Source of the DNA: an uncultured Lentimicrobiaceae bacterium
Lineage (GTDB): Bacteria > Bacteroidota > Bacteroidia > Bacteroidales > F082
Length of the DNA stretch: 57,085 bases
NCBI GenBank assembly: GCA_964473895.1
Contig: CAYYRE010000002.1
Location: 1 to 57,085, forward strand
Direction of reading: 5' to 3'
Below are positions 49,901 to 57,085 of this stretch, one piece after another. A program made the translations under genes and the position numbers. The notes under the pieces were generated by a model that had not been told where the DNA came from, did not search any database, and saw only the letters and a list, made by a program, of their open reading frames with translations. How positions within the stretch are numbered: the first letter of the stretch is position 1; every line of letters begins with the position of its first letter.

Positions 49901-49962
49901 TTTCCAAAGAACAGCCCGGACAACAGGATTGTAAACAAAACTTGCGTAAAAATTTTTTTCAT
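46948..49962 (-). CDS. susC: SusC/RagA TonB-dependent transporter
   Basis: EVVVTG, DPLYIIDGV, LKGAAAAAIYGSRASNGV, GNPDLKPE, FDPEVN. Confidence 0.95.
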   Translation of the reverse strand: MKKIFTQVLFTILLSGLFFGNQSIMAQTGGAVTYHFRGTVTDAKSNEAIPGATILIVNENMGTATDRNGRYDFTAKLKPGAYQLAFSTVGYKTVVKKLVLGNNTNITLNVAIAPDITRLNEVVVTGVSGFTKKSHLGNSISTVSSKDIQVGAPLSIDAALQGNVAGALVMRNSGNPAGGISVRLRGASTVVGSSDPLYIIDGVIVNNNSTQLINLGGYTQNRLVDIDPNEIDHIEVLKGAAAAAIYGSRASNGVVQIFTKRGKNGKPVITFSTSVNMNQIRKILPWNDAPLKWDPNNPTQTIPATRYNYQDYIFTKAYGTENYISVAGGKGNTKYIFSASQLYNGGILRNTDFSRYNFRVRLDQIINRWMSVSVGTTISRNASNEMPNGKNYGPITSLLFADNSKDPRPVNGVYPNIGWMANPYEAVDRIEAPQSNSRTLSDIQLKFTPLKGFNITYIFGYDHAFNDARLFIPVGFNTKPYGVSEKATMATTMYNSDLNASYSFNISPSITSVTGAGYTYQYDESQYFAIRTNHLAPVAKVTDAGTLTGRSDYRTKRSIWGGFLQETFGFKEKIFVTLAGRWDGASTFGENERNQFYPKASASYLLSKENFFKNSLGNVVSMFKIRASYGQAGNLSALAPYSIYTSYDLAPINGQTGLVAPIRSGNPDLKPERQTEFEAGFDMGLFNDRLGIVFTWYKQDITDLLLLRSLAPSTGYGSRYENVGSMTNKGWELALRGTAIQKKNFTWNITATFSQNHNLVTHVVGGKIDLGMWGTSIAQSGQPLGVFYGYFYATNPDGSLLLDSRGFVQRAKGHYENKKLPDGEVIPVAVQDYDANGQPKGINLKKIIGDPNPKWIGSISNTFTYKNLSLFVKVDMVQGFNVMDWDQRMFYLFPGGQATAQELRGEIPKGSSFPRFFIYQSFINNGSFVKLRDVSLSYDLKLKNNWVRSLKFSLSGSNLVSWDHYWGFDPEVNTEGQSNGVRGQDMANVPIPKVFRFGIVATFN

Positions 49963-50098
49963 GCAAAATAGTTTTTAGGTGAATAATAAAATAAAAAACG
50001 ATAGGGGAAAATGTTACATCCCCCTATTTTCCGTAATGTGGTATTAAATTAATTAATTTAAAAACGCAACAATAGTAAAATTTTCAATTGCCAAAACA

Positions 50099-50118
50099 TT
50101 GTGAAAAATATTTCACAA
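50099..50118. promoter_or_regulatory. Palindromic candidate operator TTGTGAAA-AATA-TTTCACAA
   Basis: Perfect 8-bp inverted repeat upstream of the second susC; extra half-site TGTGAAA at 50132. Confidence 0.45.
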
Positions 50119-50375
50119 CTTTTCAAAGAAATGTGAAAATTTTAAAAAGTGACACTCGCGGTGTCTAACTTCTCTTTTTTGTCTTAAAATTACTGGTGTT
50201 GTGTGGATATTTTAATAATAGAGATAAAAAATTATAGTTCACTATGTTACAAGCTATCTTTGACTTATTGATTTGAATATCGAATACCGATCTTAGACTT
50301 TAGAGATAGCTTCCCTCCGCAAATCATTATTCGTTCAACGGTGTTCGGTATTCATTTTTTGATAATTGTTCTTCT

Positions 50376-50400
50376 GCCTGCCTGGCTAACGCAGGCAGGC
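50376..50400. repeat. REP-like palindrome GCCTGCCTG-N7-CAGGCAGGC
   Basis: Perfect 9-bp GC-rich inverted repeat in an intergenic region. Confidence 0.55.
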
Positions 50401-50564
50401 CCGCTGTCGGCAGCGAAGGGTACATTATTAGGGCGGGGTTGTGTCGCGGGATGGCCGGTCATGCCCGGTAACGCATCAGTGCTGTCTTAAAATGGTAAAT
50501 AAGCATCCCGTTGGTTGCTTTTAATTAATAATTATCTTTGCGGCTTGGAAAAAAGAGCTATTCA

Positions 50565-51377
50565 TTGAAAGGATTTGTAACAAGAACTTTAACGGGAGCT
50601 GTTTTCGGCCTTTTGGTCATAGGTTCTATTCTTTGGTCACCGTGGGCCTTCTTTCTGCTGATGGGAGTATTTGTTTTTTTGGCTTTGGGGGAATTTGTAA
50701 AACTTTTTCCATCCCATCCGCCTGTTCAGGGAACCCTGATATACTTTTTCCTCGGAATGGCTGTTTATGTTTTGGTCGGACTTACCGGAATGAATGTGTT
50801 GGATATTTCCAATCTTTTGTTGGTGTTTCTCAGCTTTTTTCTCCTGATGGCGGTAGAGCTTTTCCGGCAGCCTCATCCGTCGTGGATGCAAATGGCCGCC
50901 GGTTTTACGGCTTTCATTTATATTTCAACACCTTTCGGGATGATGAACGGCTTGTTTTGGCTGCATAATGCAAACATCAGTTTTCCATGGGTTTTATTGG
51001 CATTGTTTGTTCTGGTGTGGACCAATGATGTTTTTGCCTACCTTATTGGTTCGGCCTTTGGGAAGCATAAGCTCTACCCCAAATTGTCCCCCAAAAAAAC
51101 ATGGGAAGGCAGTTTGGGCGGTTTTATTTTTACGTTGGCTGCTGCCTGGCTTTTTAGTTTTTATGCCACCAACCTCGCACTTCGCCAGTGGTTATGGCTG
51201 GGAGCCATAATTTCGGTAACGGCCAATCTCGGTGATCTTGCAGAGTCATTGTTAAAACGGAATGCGGGGAGAAAAGATTCCGGTAAAATTCTTCCGGGGC
51301 ATGGCGGTGTTTTGGACCGTTTTGATGCCGTTTTGTTTGCCACCCCGTTTGTATTTTTCTATCTGTATATTTTATGA
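50565..51377 (+). CDS. cdsA: Phosphatidate cytidylyltransferase
   Basis: WTNDVFAY, SPKKTWEG, GDLAESLLKR, KDSG.ILPGHGGVLDRFD. Start probably TTG 50565, since the -7 box TATCTTTG (50533-50540) overlaps the listed start. Confidence 0.95.
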   Translation: MKGFVTRTLTGAVFGLLVIGSILWSPWAFFLLMGVFVFLALGEFVKLFPSHPPVQGTLIYFFLGMAVYVLVGLTGMNVLDISNLLLVFLSFFLLMAVELFRQPHPSWMQMAAGFTAFIYISTPFGMMNGLFWLHNANISFPWVLLALFVLVWTNDVFAYLIGSAFGKHKLYPKLSPKKTWEGSLGGFIFTLAAAWLFSFYATNLALRQWLWLGAIISVTANLGDLAESLLKRNAGRKDSGKILPGHGGVLDRFDAVLFATPFVFFYLYIL

Positions 51378-52027
51378 AGTTTCACAAAGAAGGATATAAA
51401 ATTATTCGCAATTCCTTTTTAATCAATGGGATGATTGTTGCTGCGCTGGCGTTTTTGCCGTTGCCCGGCATACTTAAAATTATTTTTATTTCCATATTTA
51501 CCCTTCTTTTTGCCTGGACGCTCTTTTTTTTCAGGGTGCCCAACCGCAAAACCCATAAAGGCAATCATGTATTGTCTTCGGCCGATGGAACCATTGTGGC
51601 GGTAGAGGAGGTTTTTGAACCGGAATATTTCAAAGAAAACAGGCTGCAGATTTCTGTGTTTATGTCAGGCTTCGATGTGCATGTCAATTGGTATCCGTTT
51701 GATGGTACCATACGCTATACCAAATATCACGAGGGTAAATACCTTTTTGCCCGACATCCCAAATCTTCGGAACACAACGAACGCAGCTCCATTGTGCTTG
51801 AAAAGGAAAAAGGTAAAGATGTGCTTATCCGGCAGGTGGCAGGTATCATGGCCCGCCGGATTGTGTATTACTCCAAAGTGGGGCAACGGGTTGAACAGGG
51901 CGAGGAGATTGGCATGATCCGTTTCGGTTCGCGGGTGGACTTTTTCCTGCCTGTAACAGCCAAACCTGTGGTGAAAATCGGCGACCGTGTGTGGGCCAAA
52001 AAGACGGTAGTGGCCTATTTTTCCTGA
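51374..52027 (+). CDS. psd: Phosphatidylserine decarboxylase proenzyme
   Basis: FFFRVP, ADG, ISVFMS..DVHVN, NER, QVAGIMARRI, cleavage site FGSRVD. Confidence 0.93.
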   Translation: MKFHKEGYKIIRNSFLINGMIVAALAFLPLPGILKIIFISIFTLLFAWTLFFFRVPNRKTHKGNHVLSSADGTIVAVEEVFEPEYFKENRLQISVFMSGFDVHVNWYPFDGTIRYTKYHEGKYLFARHPKSSEHNERSSIVLEKEKGKDVLIRQVAGIMARRIVYYSKVGQRVEQGEEIGMIRFGSRVDFFLPVTAKPVVKIGDRVWAKKTVVAYFS

Positions 52028-54753
52028 CCCGTTTCCGGTTCGGTCAGTGTATCCGGCAGTTTTATCAACCGGAACCCCTGAATGCTTAACCAGTTCCAGT
52101 AAGTATTTTCAAAATCATCGCCTTCCGACCCAATCCGTTCAAACCGGTACCGGGTGCTGAGAGCCTGTTGGGTGAATGCCGGCAAGCAAGCAGGGAATTT
52201 TTTTCCGTAAAGGTAAAGAGCCCTGAGAAAATAATAGGTCATATCAAATCCCAAAACGCCGTACTTTTCGGGAGAGGTGGCAAAACGGTTGTAAAATTCG
52301 GTGTTGAAACGGTGGAAAGCGGGTGCATGGTAATCGACATAATAACTGGATGGATAAGTCGTCTGCATGTTGTTCATCTGATGCAGGTTAAGCGTTCCAA
52401 GCGATTCCCACAGCGGCAGACCGATCATTTTTATCCTGAAAGTGTCGCAAAGTACATTGAGCCGGTTCATGGCATCCATGACAAATGATTTTTGGGTGCC
52501 GTACAATATGACGAGGTTGGTGCGTAATACCGAAGCGTTTTTTTCAAACGGATGCAAGCTGTCTTTGGCGTAATCGATGTACACGAGACTGTTGGCGAAA
52601 GCGCTGGTGTCATATTCCGTTTCTTTTAGGTCTTCGGGGTTTACCCGTTGGTTCTCAAGATAATAACTGTTTAAGGTGTCGCTAAAAGTGATTTTTAAAA
52701 CCGGCAGCGTATCGGCAGCTTCCGGATATTCCTTCAATATCTGTTCCCGCTCCTCATTTTTGTTGCGTTGCGTAACGGCAATGCCCGTATTGATCAAGTC
52801 CAGATTGGAAAAATAGACCGAATCGGGCAATACCTTCCGGATACTGTCGCGTAAGGTATTCACCATATCCGCATCTTTATAAACGGTTTGCGAGATAAGA
52901 AAGACTTTGTCTTGTTTGTATTTTTTACTGATAAGGTGTATGAGCTGAGGCAGTTCCTGATGTTCGTCCGGGGTTACTTTGATGACATGCTCATGCTGAT
53001 GCAGAATCTCCGTGCGGAAAGTGAGCGGGTTGACAATGGGTATGCCGAAGTGGTCGGCGAAGAGTGCCACCTGTTTAAAACTGCGGCTGTAAAAAGGCCC
53101 GATAATCAAATTCATGTTTTTCAACTCGGGACGGGTGAGTACTTTGGCCGTTTTGGTGAGGGTTTGGTCCACATCATAAACATGGAGTTCGAGCTGCATC
53201 CCTTGCCGGCGAAGCGAATCAGAAGCAATGAGAGCTCCTTCCAGGAATTTGATGAAACGGAACGGGGCAAAATTTTTCTCTTGCCGGATCATGAATTCCG
53301 TCCTGTTTATGCTGTCGGTTTCTTCGAGGTACAACGGCACCATCAAAGCCACCTGAAAAAGCCGTTTGTGTTCGCGGGGCTGGCAATGTGCAATACCCAC
53401 AATGGGAGAAACCGGCTTTTCTTCCACCGTTTCTTTTTGTGCAGAAGCTTCTTTCTTTTGTTGCTCTTCACGTGCCAGCAACAAGGCCTGTTGCCCAACC
53501 GGAATGCGAACTACCTGACCGGGAAGTACTTTTTTGCCCACCGCAGGGTTGCTGCCAAACAATGTGTGTACATCGGTTAAAAAGAGTTTGGCTACCTTTT
53601 TAAGGGATATTTTTCTTTGGGCTTGGTAATAAACAAAATCAGTGCTTATTTTTTTTTTTGGTATCCGGATAACCTGTCCTGTTTTAATGTGGCTGGTAAG
53701 TCCGGGATTGGCCTCATATAAGTCGGACAGTTTCACTCCGTATTCGCGTGAAATACTGTAGAGGGTTTCCTTTTTTTTCACTTTATGGGTGAGGAAAGGC
53801 TGCGTTTGGGAAACCTGTTGTTGGGTTTGGATTGTTTTTGGCCGTTTTGTTTTTGGCCGGAGGACTTTGGCACCGTGGGCCGCTCCCTCGTATTTCAGCG
53901 CCTTTTCCAGTTCCTGTTTCGAGGGGTGGTAACCGGGTACTTTGGCTGTTACCGGAAGTCGTAGCCGTTCTCCCTGAAAGGCACTGATTAGCCCGGGATT
54001 GACCGATTTCAGTTCGTTTTCGGTAATGCCGTATTTACGGGCAATGCTTTTGAGGGTTTCACCGGCTACCACCACATGCCGGTAATCTTTTATTACCGGG
54101 ATGTCGGGATTAAAAGTTCCCGGGGCCATTGTCCGGGCTTTTTTTCTTCCCATGGACGGGTTCGCCTTTTTGACCGGTTTGGCTTTTGCCGGCATTGAAG
54201 TGTGGGTAACCGGCGGCAAGACAGGCTTCGGTGGCTCCAGCCCGCCGGTATATCTTTTGGAGGCCGCTTGGCCGGTGACTTTTCCATCCAAAACCGGAAA
54301 AGCACTCTCTACCGGAATCTTTACATATTCGCCTTCTTTCAACGGACTTTTGATGCCCGGATTGGCCAATAAAATGTACCGCTTGGGTATCAGATAAATG
54401 GAAGCAATATGGTCGATGGTTTCCCCGGCCGCCGCTACGTGATAAAAGAAATCAAATTTGGATGCTTTTACCTCGTGGGTAATTTCTGTTTCTTTATTGA
54501 CTGTAGGGATCCATATTTTTTGCCCTGTCCGGATACCTTGACGGGTTTCCGGATTGGCATAATATATTTCATCCAGGCCCACATGATAGGCTTTGGCAAT
54601 AGAATAAAGTGTTTGCCCTTTTTTTACGGTGTGCACGTAATATTGTTTACCGTCACGGGTTTGAATGTCGTTACTGATGGAAATTTTTACGGTCTGACCG
54701 AACATTACGCCGGTCATGAACAATAAACCAAGTAAGAGCCCTTTTTTTATCAT
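52015..54753 (-). CDS. Multi-LysM peptidoglycan-binding protein with C-terminal periplasmic-binding-protein (PBP1)-like domain
   Basis: Signal peptide; four clear LysM repeats (e.g. HTVKKGQTLYSIAKAY, HKVKKKETLYSISREY) plus one degenerate; VALMVPL, LIIGPFY, GFDMTYYF. Confidence 0.88.
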   Translation of the reverse strand: MIKKGLLLGLLFMTGVMFGQTVKISISNDIQTRDGKQYYVHTVKKGQTLYSIAKAYHVGLDEIYYANPETRQGIRTGQKIWIPTVNKETEITHEVKASKFDFFYHVAAAGETIDHIASIYLIPKRYILLANPGIKSPLKEGEYVKIPVESAFPVLDGKVTGQAASKRYTGGLEPPKPVLPPVTHTSMPAKAKPVKKANPSMGRKKARTMAPGTFNPDIPVIKDYRHVVVAGETLKSIARKYGITENELKSVNPGLISAFQGERLRLPVTAKVPGYHPSKQELEKALKYEGAAHGAKVLRPKTKRPKTIQTQQQVSQTQPFLTHKVKKKETLYSISREYGVKLSDLYEANPGLTSHIKTGQVIRIPKKKISTDFVYYQAQRKISLKKVAKLFLTDVHTLFGSNPAVGKKVLPGQVVRIPVGQQALLLAREEQQKKEASAQKETVEEKPVSPIVGIAHCQPREHKRLFQVALMVPLYLEETDSINRTEFMIRQEKNFAPFRFIKFLEGALIASDSLRRQGMQLELHVYDVDQTLTKTAKVLTRPELKNMNLIIGPFYSRSFKQVALFADHFGIPIVNPLTFRTEILHQHEHVIKVTPDEHQELPQLIHLISKKYKQDKVFLISQTVYKDADMVNTLRDSIRKVLPDSVYFSNLDLINTGIAVTQRNKNEEREQILKEYPEAADTLPVLKITFSDTLNSYYLENQRVNPEDLKETEYDTSAFANSLVYIDYAKDSLHPFEKNASVLRTNLVILYGTQKSFVMDAMNRLNVLCDTFRIKMIGLPLWESLGTLNLHQMNNMQTTYPSSYYVDYHAPAFHRFNTEFYNRFATSPEKYGVLGFDMTYYFLRALYLYGKKFPACLPAFTQQALSTRYRFERIGSEGDDFENTYWNWLSIQGFRLIKLPDTLTEPETGQEK

Positions 54754-54866
54754 GATGATTCTCTCTTCTGCCGTTTCAAAATTAAAAAGATTTTCCGATC
54801 AAACCTCCCGTTTGCTGTTTTATTGTTTTGCTGCCGGATGAACTGCCCGGAAATCTCTTCCCAAAA

Positions 54867-56396
54867 CTACTCCCATTCAATGGTGGCCGGCGGTTTGGAA
54901 CTGATGTCGTACACCACACGGTTTACTCCTTTGACACGGTTAATAATATCGTTGGAAACCTGCGACAGGAAGTCGTAAGGCAAATGCGACCAATCTGCCG
55001 TCATACCATCGGTCGAACCGACCGCCCGCAGTGCGACCACATTTTCGTAAGTGCGTTCATCGCCCATAACACCTACCGAATGAATGGGCAACAAAATGGC
55101 TGCGGCCTGCCAAACTTTGTCGTAAAGACCATCTTTTTTTAAACTTTCGATAAAAATATGGTCCACTTCCTGCAGGATACGAACTTTTTCGGGAGTCACT
55201 TCACCGAGAATCCGGATGCCGAGGCCGGGCCCCGGAAAAGGATGACGCTTCAGTAAGCGGGATGGCATGCCCAAAGCTTTGCCAATCCGCCTGACTTCGT
55301 CTTTAAACAAAGTGTTGAGCGGCTCCACCACTTTCAGTTTCATAAAATCGGGTAAACCGCCCACATTATGATGCGATTTGATGGTGGCTGATGGACCGTT
55401 TACCGACACCGACTCAATGACATCCGGATAAATGGTGCCTTGTGCCAGCCATCGGACATCCCGTATGCGATGGGCCTCGCGGTCAAAAACTTCGATAAAT
55501 GTTTTGCCAATGGCTTTGCGTTTTAACTCCGGGTCGGAAATGCCTTTTAAAGCTTTCATAAAGTCCTGTGCAGCATCGACGCCTTTTACGTTAAGGCCCA
55601 TGTGGTGGTACGATTCCAAAACGGAACGAAATTCATTCTTTCGCAACAACCCGTTGTCCACAAAAATACAGTAGAGGTTTTTGCCGATGGCTTTGTGCAG
55701 CAAAACAGCCGCTACCGACGAATCAACACCACCCGAAAGGCCGAGGACGACCTTGTCGTTACCCAACTTTTGGCGCAGGCCGGTAAGGGTGGTTTCGATA
55801 AAAGAATCGGGAGTCCAGTTTTGCGAGCAGCCGCAAATGTCCACCACAAAATTTTTTAACAATTGCGTTCCTTCTTCGGAGTGATAAACTTCGGGATGAA
55901 ACTGGATGCCGTAGGTGGGTTCTCCTTCGATTTTGAAACCCGCTACCTTGACGGTGGCGGTACTGGCAATTACACGGTAGTTGCGGGGCAATCTTAAAAT
56001 GGTATCGCCGTGCGACATCCACACCTGACTTCCTTTCGAAATATTCTGCATGAGTTTGCAGGATGTGTCCCGGTAGCCAAGACGGGCACGCCCATATTCC
56101 CTTATTTCGGAGGGCATAACCTCGCCGCCGTCCTTTTGGGCGAGAAATTGTGCTCCGTAGCAAACCCCGAGTAACGGGTATTTGCCGCGTAGTTCCGAAA
56201 GATCGGGAACGGGGGCTTCTTTATCGTGAACCGAGTAAGGACTTCCCGATAGGATGACTCCCTTGAGGGAGCTGTCGGGTGGCGGAATTTTGTGGTAGGG
56301 ATGAATCTCGCAATAAACGTTCAACTCCCGCAGCCGGCGGGCAATAAGCTGGGTGTACTGGGAGCCGAAATCAAGAATAAGAATGGTTTCTTTCAT
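54867..56396 (-). CDS. guaA: GMP synthase (glutamine-hydrolysing)
   Basis: [48 protein letters not shown]; -7 box at 56401-56408. Confidence 0.99.
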   Translation of the reverse strand: MKETILILDFGSQYTQLIARRLRELNVYCEIHPYHKIPPPDSSLKGVILSGSPYSVHDKEAPVPDLSELRGKYPLLGVCYGAQFLAQKDGGEVMPSEIREYGRARLGYRDTSCKLMQNISKGSQVWMSHGDTILRLPRNYRVIASTATVKVAGFKIEGEPTYGIQFHPEVYHSEEGTQLLKNFVVDICGCSQNWTPDSFIETTLTGLRQKLGNDKVVLGLSGGVDSSVAAVLLHKAIGKNLYCIFVDNGLLRKNEFRSVLESYHHMGLNVKGVDAAQDFMKALKGISDPELKRKAIGKTFIEVFDREAHRIRDVRWLAQGTIYPDVIESVSVNGPSATIKSHHNVGGLPDFMKLKVVEPLNTLFKDEVRRIGKALGMPSRLLKRHPFPGPGLGIRILGEVTPEKVRILQEVDHIFIESLKKDGLYDKVWQAAAILLPIHSVGVMGDERTYENVVALRAVGSTDGMTADWSHLPYDFLSQVSNDIINRVKGVNRVVYDISSKPPATIEWE

Positions 56397-56553
56397 GCGG
56401 CAAAGATACGCAGATTGAACCGGTTGAAAGGACGTATGGAAAAAAATTACCCACTTTGTTTTAACATTTTCTGTTTCCCTTTAACAAACATTAACAACTT
56501 AAATCATAGTCAGTTTATATATTTGCACGACAAATTGAAAAAAATCATTACCC

Positions 56554-57085
56554 ATGTTAGAAACGGATATTCGTGAACTGAACGAAAAAATTCAAAAAGA
56601 GAGCCAGTTTATTGATTTGATTAAACTGGAAATGAACAAAGTGATTGTGGGACAGGCCCACATGACCGAACGGCTGCTCATTGGTTTGCTCGGCAACGGG
56701 CATATCCTGCTGGAAGGGGTGCCCGGTTTGGCAAAAACATTGGCCATCAACTCACTGGCTCATATCATTGATGCCAAATTCAGCCGGATACAGTTTACGC
56801 CCGACCTGCTGCCGGCCGACCTGTTGGGGACGCTTATCTACAGCATGAAAAAGGAAGAGTTTGTGGTAAAAAAAGGGCCCATTTTTGCCAATTTTATCCT
56901 GGCGGATGAAATTAACCGGTCGCCTGCAAAAGTGCAAAGTGCTTTGCTTGAAGCCATGCAGGAACGCCAGGTGACTATTGGAGACCAAACCTATCCGCTG
57001 GAAGAACCTTTTTTGGTCATGGCCACCCAAAACCCCATCGAACAGGAAGGTACCTATCCGTTGCCTGAAGCACAGGTGGACCGTT
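56554..57085 (+). CDS. MoxR family AAA+ ATPase, truncated by the window end (absent from the ORF track)
   Basis: Translates [12 protein letters not shown]...VIVGQ...[13 protein letters not shown]...[12 protein letters not shown]...LADEINR...[11 protein letters not shown]...[21 protein letters not shown]; -7 box TATATTTG at 56518-56525. Confidence 0.93.
   Translation, partial: MLETDIRELNEKIQKESQFIDLIKLEMNKVIVGQAHMTERLLIGLLGNGHILLEGVPGLAKTLAINSLAHIIDAKFSRIQFTPDLLPADLLGTLIYSMKKEEFVVKKGPIFANFILADEINRSPAKVQSALLEAMQERQVTIGDQTYPLEEPFLVMATQNPIEQEGTYPLPEAQVDR

Noticed and set aside
53770-53778. A_AAA_AAG slippery heptamer in the fourth LysM repeat
   Set aside because: It falls inside a domain (VKKKE), with no convincing stimulatory structure at suitable spacing

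Overview
Bacteroidota chromosomal window. The phylum call rests on two SusC/SusD pairs, a T9SS plug gene and repeated TAnnTTTG -7 promoter boxes. In order it holds a ROK-regulated polysaccharide utilisation locus (ROK, CBM9-like/GHL10 fusion, susD, susC, GH2 beta-mannosidase) and an anion permease. Next come a complete nqrABCDEF operon, T9SS plug, bile acid:Na symporter and PlsC. A small accessory patch follows (duplication-flanked insert, orphan PD-(D/E)XK-like gene, Flavo-1-like structured RNA), then a SAM-I riboswitch-led methionine operon and housekeeping genes (trmO, trxA, pdxJ, dtd, pepP, pyrBI, hldD, alaS). The end has a second stand-alone susCD pair, cdsA, psd, a LysM protein, guaA and a truncated MoxR. 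The best signals are non-coding: (1) a SAM-I riboswitch that appears to control translation of an unannotated 37-aa leader ending MRMR; (2) a PyrL-like 42-codon leader crossing a terminator before pyrB; (3) a 59-bp promoter/operator block duplicated before the ROK gene and susC; (4) a 205-bp MITE with an 8-bp target duplication; (5) an A11 slippage tract giving a clean LysM-only isoform; (6) a structured RNA next to an orphan nuclease-like gene. Family assignments are motif recognition from memory; no searches or folding programs were run.
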